A stretch of DNA of 64,000 bases from Candidatus Methanosuratincola verstraetei (GTDB lineage: Archaea; Thermoproteota; Methanomethylicia; Methanomethylicales; Methanomethylicaceae): the NCBI GenBank assembly GCA_049570475.1, contig CP186953.1, positions 32,001 to 96,000 on the forward strand, in the 5' to 3' direction. The number at the start of each line of letters is the position of its first letter. Position 1 is the first letter of the stretch. Positions 39,848-50,172 of this stretch are shown one piece after another. The notes under the pieces were generated by a model, which saw nothing but the letters and a program-made list of their open reading frames with translations, ran no database searches and was not told where the DNA came from. A program made the position numbers and the translations under genes.

Positions 39848-40536
39848 CTCGCTCTGGACTGCACGCGCGGCTCGATCAGGGTCCATATCCAGTCTGCAAA
39901 TTCCCTCGGGTTCTTTGTCTGGAGGAGGATTTCCCCAGGCCCTGTAATGCGGGTGACCAGGCCCTCGCCGCTGAGCAGCGTCTCCTTCATGCCCCCGAAG
40001 CGTTCGACCCTGTATGTGCAGGTGTTGTTGAATGCGACAAGGTGGAAGTTGTCGACTATGAGCTGCTCGCCGGGGCCCAAGGCATGCCGATCAATTGCAC
40101 CGAATGTGTTGATGAATAGATCGCCTGTGCCTGAGGCTTTTATCATGAATAGCCCTTGACCAAACAGCCCCCTCGAGAAGCCCTCCCATTTTATGTCTAA
40201 ATCGACGGTAGGCGAAGATGCGACGTAGGACTCCTTCCGTATGATCCAGCCGTTCTTCCCGTCGAGCGCGAGGTGCTCGATGTCCCCAAGCGGGGCGGAA
40301 ACGAATGCGACCTCGCCCGGGCCGCCCTTCGCGGAGTAGTCGGTTACCCAGAATGATTGCCCGCCGAGCAGCTTCAGCCCAAGAGAGCCAAGTATCCCTG
40401 ACCTGGTCCGTGTGCGGGCTTCGATGTTCGGGGTCATGTACGTCATTGCGCCAGACTCCCCGACAACGGACTCTCCATCCTTCAGCTTCAGCACGGCCAT
40501 CGCATAGGAAGGTTTGTACTTTATCTCATACTCCAT
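39844..40536 (-). CDS. AIM24/TIGR00266 family protein
   Basis: ESGAM, GGQSFW, GQGLF, VDNFHLVAF, SGEGLV..GPG..QT. Confidence 0.88.
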   Translation of the reverse strand: MEYEIKYKPSYAMAVLKLKDGESVVGESGAMTYMTPNIEARTRTRSGILGSLGLKLLGGQSFWVTDYSAKGGPGEVAFVSAPLGDIEHLALDGKNGWIIRKESYVASSPTVDLDIKWEGFSRGLFGQGLFMIKASGTGDLFINTFGAIDRHALGPGEQLIVDNFHLVAFNNTCTYRVERFGGMKETLLSGEGLVTRITGPGEILLQTKNPREFADWIWTLIEPRVQSRAR

Positions 40537-40586
40537 AATCCATCCCTTTTGAGAATAATGGGTCAAGGATTAATAAAAATTGGTTT

Positions 40587-41804
40587 TCAGGTTTTCCTCT
40601 TCCGGGTTGTGACTATCGTGATGACGTCACGGTCACGCAACTCGTAGTTGTTGGGTAGGCGGATTCCGCTAACAGAGTCGATTGCATACAGGAAGTTGTC
40701 GTAGAGCTCGGAGTGGATCTGCCTTGCGAGGTCCTTTGGCGTGGATCCCTGAGGCATCAGGTATGCGTCAGGAAGCACGTTCCCCTTCCTGTCTGAGTAC
40801 TTCTTCGCATCCTCTACGGGGTACACGACATTGACCCTGAGCAACTTGAGCACTGCTGTCGTCACCGCAAGGTCTACCCCGGTGCGTAGCCATTTGTCGA
40901 AGATCCTTGACTGGACATACTCGAGTGCCCACTTCTGCTTGGGCGTAAGCTTGCTGGCGTCCTTCACGACGAATTTCTCGTCCCCTGGCGTGTAAGATAT
41001 TGCCCCCGCTTTCTCAGCGCGCCTCAGTAGGAGCTCGACCTCTGCGGAGACAGGGATCACAAAGCTCCTGCCGAAGGTCTCAACCAGCCCAGCCAGGTTC
41101 TTTTCTGCCACAGGCATGTCCATCTTGTTCGCGACTATGAGCGTTGGCTTCGAGAGGTACCTTATCTCGGTCGCGAATGCCCTGAACTCCTCCTCTTCCC
41201 AGTCCTCGAACGGCACGCCCTCGAGCCTGGTCTTGGAAAGGGCCTCCTTGATCTGCGGGTAGGTGACCTTTATCCCGGAGAGTATGTCATATAGCGCCGC
41301 TGCCAGCGTTACGGCCTTGTTCTGTATGGCCCTCCTCACCTTGTCGGCGTTCTCCAGGAGGTTCTTGGTGTACCACTTCACCAGCTCCTCCTCTATGTCG
41401 TAGTAGTCAGCCAAGGGCGACCCCAACCCCGGCTCGCAGATCTCCCCATTCGCATTTATGCTCCCCGAGGCGTCAACGACATGCAGGATCACGTCTGCCT
41501 GGGCTGCGACCGAAAGGAAGCGGGTGCCGAGCCCGAGGCCTTCCGATGCCCCTTTAATAAGCCCTGGCAGATCCACCACCTCAATGGGTATGAAACGCCA
41601 GCCATCGATGCAGACAGAGTTCTGCGGATTGTCCTTCACCCCGAGCTCCTTGCATACGCATGCAGTCTTGACGTACCCGATGCCTACGTTCGGCTCCTTC
41701 GTGGTGAAGGGATAGTTCGAGACCTCTGCGTTCATCATTGTGATCGCATTGAAGAGGGTCGTCTTGCCGGCGTTGGTCTTCCCTATGATGCCGATCCTTA
41801 CCAT
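40587..41804 (-). CDS. YchF/Obg-family translation-associated GTPase
   Basis: GKTNAGKT, YPFTT, DLPGL, NKMD, C-terminal TGS-like domain. Confidence 0.9.
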   Translation of the reverse strand: MVRIGIIGKTNAGKTTLFNAITMMNAEVSNYPFTTKEPNVGIGYVKTACVCKELGVKDNPQNSVCIDGWRFIPIEVVDLPGLIKGASEGLGLGTRFLSVAAQADVILHVVDASGSINANGEICEPGLGSPLADYYDIEEELVKWYTKNLLENADKVRRAIQNKAVTLAAALYDILSGIKVTYPQIKEALSKTRLEGVPFEDWEEEEFRAFATEIRYLSKPTLIVANKMDMPVAEKNLAGLVETFGRSFVIPVSAEVELLLRRAEKAGAISYTPGDEKFVVKDASKLTPKQKWALEYVQSRIFDKWLRTGVDLAVTTAVLKLLRVNVVYPVEDAKKYSDRKGNVLPDAYLMPQGSTPKDLARQIHSELYDNFLYAIDSVSGIRLPNNYELRDRDVITIVTTRKRKT

Positions 41805-41925
41805 AAGCAGTCCTCAATTAATAACCGGCGTCGACCGATATATTACCTTGCGTGCCAAAATTTGGGCCTGAACGGTGCCTTTTTTATACGCCTGCCTGCA
41901 GAGCTATGTCAGAGGGTGCCCCGTG

Positions 41926-42636
41926 ATGATCCTTAAGGACATGAATGGGTTTGACTTTGAAAAAGTGGACAAATCTGTAGCGATACTCCCTGTCGGGAGC
42001 ATTGAGAGGCATGGCGATCACCTGCCCCTGGGCACAGACAGCGAGCTCCCCGAGCACATCGCTCGCAGGGCTGCAGATCTGACCGGCGCCATAGTGATGC
42101 CGACAATATTCTACGGGTCCTGCCATGCGATGCGCGGATTCCCCGGGACCTTCGACATAGACTCGGAGGTCCTCTTCAAATACATCGAATGCATCCTCGA
42201 GGAGGCGTGGCGCAACGGCATCAAGCTTGTCGTTGTCCTGAATGGCCATGGAGGCAACGCAACCCCTATTCAGATGGCAGCCAGGCAGGCAGCCAGCAGG
42301 ACAGGGCTCTCAGTGGTGGTGCTCGATTGGTGGAAGGACCTCGGGAATAGTAAAAAGAGCCTCTTCTCTTCCCCCGGCCACGCAGGGGAGGATGAGACGA
42401 GCGCAATGCTGGCTGTGGACGAGGGCAAGGTCAACATATACCTCGCGGGAAGGCATGAGGTGACTTACCCTGAGGTTAAGATATACTCGAAGAAGATAGA
42501 CGAGAGGCTCTACGAGATCGCCCTCACCGGGGACGCCAAGAAAGCGACCAAGGAGAAGGGCGAAGAGCTGATGTCTGCCGTGGTGGAAGACCTTGCCAAG
42601 GTCATTGAGGACTTGCGCAAGGCACTCGAGATCTGA
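41926..42636 (+). CDS. Creatininase/ArfB-family amidohydrolase
   Basis: PVGSIERHGDHLPLGTD, NGHGGN, HAGEDETS. Confidence 0.9.
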   Translation: MILKDMNGFDFEKVDKSVAILPVGSIERHGDHLPLGTDSELPEHIARRAADLTGAIVMPTIFYGSCHAMRGFPGTFDIDSEVLFKYIECILEEAWRNGIKLVVVLNGHGGNATPIQMAARQAASRTGLSVVVLDWWKDLGNSKKSLFSSPGHAGEDETSAMLAVDEGKVNIYLAGRHEVTYPEVKIYSKKIDERLYEIALTGDAKKATKEKGEELMSAVVEDLAKVIEDLRKALEI

Positions 42637-42682
42637 TGGTGGATCCTCAACTTTTTACGTCACCTTCCCCTAATTATTCCTG

Positions 42683-43105
42683 GTGTCAAATCTGAAGGTT
42701 TTCACAAAGAACCTGGTCCTCGACACGGGTAAGAGAAGGGAAGCAATCAACATCACCAGGGAGATCCTAGGCGCAGTGACTGAGAGCGGGATCCGCTCAG
42801 GGATTTGTCTGGCATTCACGACCCACTCCACGAGCGCAATAATAGTCAATGAGGATGAGGAAGGGCTCAAATCGGACATTCTCAAAAAGACCGCAGAGGA
42901 CTTCCCGGAGAGCAGGGCTTGGGCACATAACAGGATAGACGACAATGCCGATGCGCACTTGGCCGGGGCCTATCTCGGGCCTTCGGTGACGATCCCTGTC
43001 ATGGGTGGCAGGCTTGCCCTCGGCACATGGCAGAGCGTATTCTTCCTCGAGCTGGACGGCCCACGGACGGGGAGGAGGGTCATCGTCCAAGTGATGGGCG
43101 AGTGA
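42683..43105 (+). CDS. YjbQ/UPF0047 family protein
   Basis: HSTSAIIVNE, NADAH, LGTWQSVFFLELDGPR. Confidence 0.9.
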   Translation: MSNLKVFTKNLVLDTGKRREAINITREILGAVTESGIRSGICLAFTTHSTSAIIVNEDEEGLKSDILKKTAEDFPESRAWAHNRIDDNADAHLAGAYLGPSVTIPVMGGRLALGTWQSVFFLELDGPRTGRRVIVQVMGE

Positions 43106-43110
43106 TTCGC

Positions 43111-43548
43111 TCATCCCGAGCGGGACTTTAGGGATTCTGCTAGCGAACGGTACCTCTCGCTTTCCTCTTTCCTGCCCAATTTCTCGAGCGCGATTGCCAT
43201 GTTCTGAGCGGCCCTCGCGAACTTTGGCTCTATCTTCAGTGCCATGTCGAAGAACGGGATTGACTCCTCGACCTGGCCCTTCCTCATGAGGGCGATCCCC
43301 TTGCCCTCCCAGGCAAAGGCGAGCTCAGCATCGTAAGAGATTGCCTTGTCAAAGCATTCAAGGGCCTCATCGTACATGCCGAGGTTCACAAAGGCGATTC
43401 CCTTTCCTCCCCAAGCCACCGCGTTCTCGGGATCCATTTCAAGGGCAAGATCAAAATAGACGATCGCGTCCTCGTTCTTGCCGAGTTCGAGGTGGATCCT
43501 CCCTCGCGTTATAAGCTCGTTCAATGCACTCATCATGACACCCTGCAA
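43111..43548 (-). CDS. TPR repeat protein
   Basis: Repeated AW..KG.A...G..EA..FD.A. Confidence 0.88.
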   Translation of the reverse strand: MQGVMMSALNELITRGRIHLELGKNEDAIVYFDLALEMDPENAVAWGGKGIAFVNLGMYDEALECFDKAISYDAELAFAWEGKGIALMRKGQVEESIPFFDMALKIEPKFARAAQNMAIALEKLGRKEESERYRSLAESLKSRSG

Positions 43549-43615
43549 TGCAACAAATAAACTATTACCAAATTTGTCTAATAAGGATTGTATCCGTTAT
43601 TCCGAACTGATCCCA

Positions 43616-44737
43616 TTATCCGATGGGGAGCCTGATTGTGAAGCGCGTGCCTTTGCCCGGCTCGCTCTGCACCTCTATTGATCCGCGGTGTGCTTCTATC
43701 ATCTTTTTGCAAATGGCCAAGCCGAGCCCCATCCCCTTTGCTTTCGTGGTGAAGAAGGGATCGAAGAGTTTTTTGAGGTTTTCAGGGGATATCCCAATCC
43801 CAGTATCGCTGAAGGATGCCTTGGCGTAATTCCCTTCCCTCACCATCGAGATCTCGAGGGATCCGCCCCCGGGCATGGCCTGGAAGGCATTGATTATCAG
43901 ATTTGTGAAGACCCTCCTGATGAGCTGGGGGTCGCCCTTTATCATGCCCAGTGTTGGATCGGCATTCACCACAACGGAAATGCCCTCGGGTCTGCTCACT
44001 GATTTCAACGCATCCTCGACGATCTCGCGCAGGTCCACCGCAAAGAATGCGGGCTTTGTGGACTTGGCGTAATCCTGGAGATCAGCCACCATTTTGTTCA
44101 TGAAGCTGACCTGTTTCTTCAGCTTCTCGAGGAAAGCGATGAAGCCGTGCTCCTCAAGCATTTTTTTCGCACTCTCAGGAAGGCTCTTTATCTCCTCCTC
44201 GGTGTTGTAAACCGAGTAAACAATTGCCTGGAGAGGGTTCCTCAGGTCGTGGCCCACCATTGCCGCGACCTTGCCTATTGCCGCGAGGCGCTTGACTTCT
44301 TCAAGGCTGGAATTTTCATCCTCGGGCACATCTGCAAGGATCGAATCGCTGGATTTCGGTGACCCCGGCGGCCTTCTTTCCAGCGACGCCTCGTTAATTT
44401 TCCCGCGCAACTCTGCCAATCCATAGAGTATTGAGACAAAACCCACTGCTTTGAGCAGGCCGCTCAAGAAGGCGCCAAAGATTTCGGGCTCCGCCGTGAA
44501 TTCGCCAAGCAGTCCCACAAGGAAGCCCAATAAAAGAGCGGCCAACCCGAACTTCAGGTAGGCACCCATCTCGCGCGAGAGCAGGCTGCCCGCCAGCAGC
44601 ACCGCCAGTATAACGCCCTCCATGAAGAGGCTGCTGTAGTTGATTTGTGCGTCAATCGGGAAGATCGATAACCAAGCAGCGGAAAGGGCGAAGGCAGCGG
44701 ATGCCGCGACAGGATAGATCAGGCGATCGCTTCGCAT
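43616..44737 (-). CDS. Membrane sensor histidine kinase (NtrB-like core)
   Basis: HDLRNPL H-box, NLIINAFQA, DTGIGI, FFTTK, GMGLGL. Confidence 0.92.
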   Translation of the reverse strand: MRSDRLIYPVAASAAFALSAAWLSIFPIDAQINYSSLFMEGVILAVLLAGSLLSREMGAYLKFGLAALLLGFLVGLLGEFTAEPEIFGAFLSGLLKAVGFVSILYGLAELRGKINEASLERRPPGSPKSSDSILADVPEDENSSLEEVKRLAAIGKVAAMVGHDLRNPLQAIVYSVYNTEEEIKSLPESAKKMLEEHGFIAFLEKLKKQVSFMNKMVADLQDYAKSTKPAFFAVDLREIVEDALKSVSRPEGISVVVNADPTLGMIKGDPQLIRRVFTNLIINAFQAMPGGGSLEISMVREGNYAKASFSDTGIGISPENLKKLFDPFFTTKAKGMGLGLAICKKMIEAHRGSIEVQSEPGKGTRFTIRLPIG

Positions 44738-44834
44738 CAGGACCCATTCCTTCGTTATGATTATAAATACAAACCATTAATTAAACTTTCTACTGTCATA
44801 TTTGTGCAAAAACTGTAAAACATAAAAAAAATAT

Positions 44835-45998
44835 TTAGAGTATCTTTGAGGCAATCTTCATCGCGAGGATGGGGTGCCTCGAGAACTTCGCTACGACCCT
44901 CTTCACATCGAGGCCGTTCGCCAGGTCGACGATGTCATCGCCGCTCATCATCGAACCGAGGAGGTTCAGGTCGTCATCTCCGAGTGTCTCGAGCGCCCTG
45001 AGCACCTTGAGGCTCCTGCTTATCCTCGCCCCCCAGTACTCGCCATACGAGGCAGGGTATTTCCTGAGCGCCCAGGAATCTCCTGCTTCCAGCGCCTCCG
45101 CGACGCAGGCGCCTGCTATGCTCCCTGCCCCCATGCTTGTCCTGATGCCTCCGCCTGTGATCGGGATCACCTGCCCAGCAGAGTCCCCGCAGAGTAGGAC
45201 GTTACCCTTTACAATCTCCCTGATCTGGCCGCCGACCGGAACCCCGCCGCCCCCCTCCTTCACGACCCTTGATCCCTCAAAAATATCGGGGTGGGAGGCG
45301 ATAAACCTGTCGAGGTATGGCTTCGCTGGCTTGCCCCTGACGCCTATCCCAACGTTGGCGACATACTCGTTCTTTGCGAATATCCAGACGTACCCCAGAG
45401 GGGCAACTTCATTGCCCATGTAGATGCGTATGATGTCTTTCTCTGGGACCTTGCAATTCACCATCACATACTGTATAGTAGGGATGATCTCAAAGCCTGA
45501 AAGGTCGAAACTGCATGACTTGGCGACCCTTGATCCGACACCGTCCGCGCCAACGAGGTATTTGAACGTGATCTCCTTGTCCTCGCCCTTGTGGGAATAA
45601 ATCAGGCTCTTTGCAACCCCGCCCTCCATCTTGACGTCCTTGACCTCGGATCGCATCTCGAGGTCGGCACCCGCGGAGACCGCCTGGCTTGCCAAGGCGT
45701 AAAGGAACTGCTGCTTGTTGAGTATGTACCCGCGGTAGTCCCCCCCAGAGATCTTGACGCCTTTTGTCTCGTCGGGAGGGAAGACGTATGCCCCGTTTAT
45801 TGTGTTGGAGATGAGGGATGGGGACGGAGGGATCTCAGCAGTCTCGAAGGCCGAAACCGAGACTGCCTCGGCACATGCCCTAGTCCCGAGGTCTTTCTCC
45901 TTCTCAAGGATCAAAACCGAGAAGCCCTTGGAAGCGATCTTCCTCGCAGCCATCAGTCCTGCAGGGCCAGCGCCCACGACCACGGCATCATAGTCCAT
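44835..45998 (-). CDS. Geranylgeranyl reductase family protein
   Basis: GAGPAG, CAE, GADG, PLGYVWIF, GDSAGQ..GGGI. Confidence 0.88.
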   Translation of the reverse strand: MDYDAVVVGAGPAGLMAARKIASKGFSVLILEKEKDLGTRACAEAVSVSAFETAEIPPSPSLISNTINGAYVFPPDETKGVKISGGDYRGYILNKQQFLYALASQAVSAGADLEMRSEVKDVKMEGGVAKSLIYSHKGEDKEITFKYLVGADGVGSRVAKSCSFDLSGFEIIPTIQYVMVNCKVPEKDIIRIYMGNEVAPLGYVWIFAKNEYVANVGIGVRGKPAKPYLDRFIASHPDIFEGSRVVKEGGGGVPVGGQIREIVKGNVLLCGDSAGQVIPITGGGIRTSMGAGSIAGACVAEALEAGDSWALRKYPASYGEYWGARISRSLKVLRALETLGDDDLNLLGSMMSGDDIVDLANGLDVKRVVAKFSRHPILAMKIASKIL

Positions 45999-46049
45999 TT
46001 CGTTAAGCCCCCGTAAACGATAATCCCGCTTCTATATAAAAATCCATGG

Positions 46050-46952
46050 TCATCTTTCCAGCACTGCCCTGTTCCTGAGCGTCCCTATCCTCTCGACTGT
46101 TGCCTCGACAACGTCCCCGTCGTGGAGCTGCCCTATCTTCTCAGGCGTCCCCATTGCAATGAGCGCCCCAGGCTCCAGGGTCGTGAAAGAGGAGATGTAC
46201 TCGACCACAGATGGGACATCGAAGATCATCTCGCTTGTCCTCGAGCTCTGCCTGACCTCACCATTCACGCTCAATGAAAGGGAGAGCGACATCGGATCTC
46301 CGATCTCATCTCCGGTGACAATGAAGGGCCCGATGGGGGCGAATGTGTCGAAGCCTTTCGACCTCAGCCACGGTCGGGCGAGGGAGAAGTCCCTCTGCTG
46401 TATGTCCCTCGCTGTTATGTCGTTTAGGACGGTATACCCGAAGATCCTCGAGTATGCCTCGGATCTCGGGATGTATCGCCCGCCCTTCCCGATCACGACG
46501 CAGAGCTCGACCTCGTAGTCAACCCTCGCTGAGGCTTTGGGCAGCACGATCTCATCGCCAGGACCGACGACAGACCTAGAAGGCTTCATGAACACGACCG
46601 GAACTTCAGGGACAGGCCTCTTTAGCTCGGGCGCATGCGACCTGAAGTTGAAGCCGAGGCAGAATACTGCAGGGGGCCTCGTGATCGGTGCCCTCAGGCG
46701 TGCTTCATTCAGCCTGACTGCTTCTCGCCTTTCCTCCATTCCGATCAGGTCGGATCCGGAAAGGGAATCAACCGCTCCCTTAAGAGACGAGAGGAGGGCC
46801 CCGTCTGCGAGCTCTATGAAGGAGAGGAGGCTGAGATCTGCCCCTCCTATGATCTCCTTGATCGGCTCGAAGGAGTCCAGGCGGACCAGGTATTCTCCGG
46901 CAACGACGCCGGGGAAGAGTTTTGAGCCTTGCTCGAATGTGGCGAATTTCAT
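46050..46952 (-). CDS. Fumarylacetoacetate hydrolase family protein
   Basis: VFMKP, VDYEVEL, NDITARD, KGFDTFAPIGP. Confidence 0.92.
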   Translation of the reverse strand: MKFATFEQGSKLFPGVVAGEYLVRLDSFEPIKEIIGGADLSLLSFIELADGALLSSLKGAVDSLSGSDLIGMEERREAVRLNEARLRAPITRPPAVFCLGFNFRSHAPELKRPVPEVPVVFMKPSRSVVGPGDEIVLPKASARVDYEVELCVVIGKGGRYIPRSEAYSRIFGYTVLNDITARDIQQRDFSLARPWLRSKGFDTFAPIGPFIVTGDEIGDPMSLSLSLSVNGEVRQSSRTSEMIFDVPSVVEYISSFTTLEPGALIAMGTPEKIGQLHDGDVVEATVERIGTLRNRAVLER

Positions 46953-47019
46953 AGCGACACCTGCGGTTTCAGAGTCTATAATGGCGATCTTTAAAAAGAT
47001 TGGGTATGGCAGGAAGGGA

Positions 47020-49485
47020 TCACCTGCCCTTGGAGAATACGATGAAGAGGACGACTGCGAGCGCCAGGATTACGATCCCAACCCCGATGATGTAAATCAT
47101 CGTATTGTCTGCGCCCCCAGAATATTCAGCGGTGATCGCTAGGGGTGAAGAGGCGGACGAGGCGTATATCTGCCCCTCAGGTATGCCGGCTACCACGGAC
47201 CAGGTCCCGCGTTTGTTCAAGTTCAGCTGTAGGCTGAACCCAGAGTCGTTCGTGTTCACGGTCATATTCGTCTTCACGTTTGTGGGGTCGGTGACGGTGA
47301 TTATAACCTGGGTCTCGGCGATCGGCGGGTAAATCCTGCCGTAGATGGCAACAGGAACCGAGGTCACATTCTCTGAGAGAGTGACCGTTCTCTTGGATGA
47401 ATTTAGCGTAACTGTAGGGGTCACCTTCAAACCTGGGGTCACCGTAACAGTGACGACCCCTGATTTGTTGGCGAAATGGCTGGCATTGCCCGGCCAGACT
47501 GCGTAGAATGAGTAGACGCCACCCTCATTGAGCGCCACTGTGTGGAAGAAGGTACCCTCGATCAGGGTAAGGTTGGCGATTTGATTGAAGCCCGAGCCGT
47601 TCACCGACCCGTATAGCCGCAACACCCCATCCTTCAGCGGGGCGGCGGTCCCGGTCAACTTGATCCTTGATCCAGGGGGGACGCTGGCAGCCGGCGAAGA
47701 CATCGCTATCTCCACAGGGGTCTTCGAGGAGGGGGAGAACGCCTCGATGGACAATGTGTTTGACTCGACGGGGTTGTATTGATTGTCGCCTGACCAGTAT
47801 GCCCTTATCCATATCATGCCAGGGGCATCTGGGACGAAGCTGAATGCGAACCTGCCGTCAGTCATTGATGAGTTCCCCGCGTACATGAAACCCGTACCGT
47901 TCTTGGACACAAAATACACCACTATGCCGTCTCCTGAAGCCGGGGACGAACCGAAAACAGTTACCTCTTGGCCTGCCATGACGTTTGCATACTCAGAACC
48001 TATGGTGAGCGCCGTGCTCTCCTTTGGGGGTCCGTAGACAACTTTTCCAGCAATGGAACCCTTCGGCATCTCGACCAGGGTTATGTCTGCCCGGACTTCC
48101 CCTTGACCAGCAACGACAGTGACGTTAATCTCGCCGTCATAGTACCCCCTTTTCGATGCCGTCAGTGGCACAGCAATAGAACTTTGACCGGCGGGCAGGG
48201 CAATCTCGATTGTATAGCTCCCATCATCCGAGCTCGACGTGTAGTCCGAAGGGGAAAATACCATGGCTGAAGATATTGGCCTGTTCATGGAGTCGAGCAC
48301 CCTCCCGGAGATCATTACTTTTGAAGCCCCAATCGTGGAGAGCTTGAAGTCAATATTCTTTGTCTCATGACCAGCCGTAACGAGCACAGTCTTGGATTTC
48401 GAGAATTCGTTGTTGGCAATGACGGTATAGTTTCCAGTACCAAGCCCTGTGTTTATCGAGTAAGTACCGTCTGAATTCGAGTAGGCATAGCCGAAGTACC
48501 TGTTGTCGCCGCTGAAGGCATAGACGAGTATTGATCCAGCCGGAGAATCATCCGAATAAACGATCCTACCCGAGATGATCCCAGAGCGCTTGAGTACGAA
48601 GTTAACGGTCGATGTAGATCCTGCAGTCAAATTCACAGTGGCGGAGTCCGAGATCGGATCAAAGACAAAACCGGTTACATCGTATATCGTCAGGTTGTAC
48701 CTGCCGCTGGGGAGGTTCGTCGATATGTTGAACCGCCCTAGGCTGTCGGCCTTTGCGAAAGCGAACCTAGATTGCCCGTCGATGCTGAAAGCCCTCAACG
48801 TCACCCCCGCCACAGGCGATCCGCTTTCATCCTTGACCGTGCCAACAATTATGCCCGATGGGTTGAGGCGGATAAGGACCCCTGATGTCGTTTGCCCCTC
48901 AACCGCAGCGATGCCGCTGACAGATCCAGTAATGTAACCAAAGCCAGACGCGGGGAAGTAAGGATCTATGTACCCGATTATTGAATAATTGCCACTCCTA
49001 ACGTTCGAATCAAAGGCGAATGCCCCTGAGGCGGAAGATCGGGCGAATGCCACAACCGAACCGCTCCCTTCGTCAACAAGGCGCAAAGATATGTTGGATA
49101 TAGGTTCGTCATCCGGCCCGACAACCATCCCCTCGATTCGTGCAGATGGGCTCAGGTTGATCACGCCAAGGTCCTTCAGGTACCCAGCGTAAATGTTCAC
49201 CCCGCTTAGGTAAGTGCTGATGTACCCGGGGGCTGAGACCTCCACGTCATAAGTGCCGGCTGCCAGCCCATCAATTATTGAGAAATCCCCCAAATTGGAC
49301 GTTGCCGTCGAGGCAACACCGTTATCTCCAGAGACGGCGACAGAGGCGTTCTCGATCACAATATACGACTCAATGGGAGATTCATCAAGCCCTAAATCCA
49401 TAGGCAGGGCAATGCTGTTGAGAAAGAGCAACAGCAGAATCGCGACCAGTAGTGCCTTGCGCTGCATCAATACCACACTAATCAT
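47020..49485 (-). CDS. Large surface protein with carboxypeptidase-regulatory-like/Ig repeats
   Basis: Signal peptide, repeated G.I.G.V...G.P..G units, C-terminal TM helix. Confidence 0.78.
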   Translation of the reverse strand: MISVVLMQRKALLVAILLLLFLNSIALPMDLGLDESPIESYIVIENASVAVSGDNGVASTATSNLGDFSIIDGLAAGTYDVEVSAPGYISTYLSGVNIYAGYLKDLGVINLSPSARIEGMVVGPDDEPISNISLRLVDEGSGSVVAFARSSASGAFAFDSNVRSGNYSIIGYIDPYFPASGFGYITGSVSGIAAVEGQTTSGVLIRLNPSGIIVGTVKDESGSPVAGVTLRAFSIDGQSRFAFAKADSLGRFNISTNLPSGRYNLTIYDVTGFVFDPISDSATVNLTAGSTSTVNFVLKRSGIISGRIVYSDDSPAGSILVYAFSGDNRYFGYAYSNSDGTYSINTGLGTGNYTVIANNEFSKSKTVLVTAGHETKNIDFKLSTIGASKVMISGRVLDSMNRPISSAMVFSPSDYTSSSDDGSYTIEIALPAGQSSIAVPLTASKRGYYDGEINVTVVAGQGEVRADITLVEMPKGSIAGKVVYGPPKESTALTIGSEYANVMAGQEVTVFGSSPASGDGIVVYFVSKNGTGFMYAGNSSMTDGRFAFSFVPDAPGMIWIRAYWSGDNQYNPVESNTLSIEAFSPSSKTPVEIAMSSPAASVPPGSRIKLTGTAAPLKDGVLRLYGSVNGSGFNQIANLTLIEGTFFHTVALNEGGVYSFYAVWPGNASHFANKSGVVTVTVTPGLKVTPTVTLNSSKRTVTLSENVTSVPVAIYGRIYPPIAETQVIITVTDPTNVKTNMTVNTNDSGFSLQLNLNKRGTWSVVAGIPEGQIYASSASSPLAITAEYSGGADNTMIYIIGVGIVILALAVVLFIVFSKGR

Positions 49486-49565
49486 AAAAGTCGTTTTTTG
49501 TTATAACCCTTTCTAAAGAATTTATTTATGCGTTCAAATCGATTTGGAATTTTTAAGGCTGGAAT

Positions 49566-50030
49566 TCACGACGATCCATAGTACCTTTTGTACTCAGCAT
49601 AGTGCCCCCTAAGGAATTCTTCGAAAGCCACCCTGCTCAGGCGGTCTGCCTCTTCGTTCTCCTCCCTTGGGACCCATTTGAGGGTGGCTTTGCTGAAGCG
49701 CTTAAGGAGATCCTCCGCCCTCCTGTGGAGAGCCACCAGACGCCTGGCCCTGACCGCATACTTTCCGGAGAGCTGGTTTATGACCAATTGGCTGTCGCCC
49801 CTTATCTCGACCTCGCCGCCGTAGCCTATGGAGAGGAGGTGCTCAAGACCCCTGATCAGCGCGTGGTACTCCGCGACATTGTTTGAGACGTCGTCGCCTA
49901 GCATTCCCGCCCCGACGAAGCCGCATCCCTCGTTGAGCTTCTTTCCATCTGAATAAATAACATACCCAAAAGTGGCCACGCCACCCGGGTTTTTGGGCAT
50001 GCAGAGGCCATCGAAATAGAGCGTGATCAC
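49566..50030 (-). CDS. rnhA: Ribonuclease HI (archaeal type)
   Basis: YFDG, NNVAEY, GDSQLV, WVPREENEEAD. Confidence 0.92.
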   Translation of the reverse strand: MITLYFDGLCMPKNPGGVATFGYVIYSDGKKLNEGCGFVGAGMLGDDVSNNVAEYHALIRGLEHLLSIGYGGEVEIRGDSQLVINQLSGKYAVRARRLVALHRRAEDLLKRFSKATLKWVPREENEEADRLSRVAFEEFLRGHYAEYKRYYGSS

Positions 50031-50172
50031 AGGGGTTCCACTCGCCCGTTAGTTGGGAGGTTAGGCTTTAAACCTTGTGGGCTGGAAGGCACGAGAATGG
50101 GATTCTATTACTGATAATAATAAATAGATAGATTAAAATATAATATCGTTAGTATAATGCGGGGTGCCGAAC

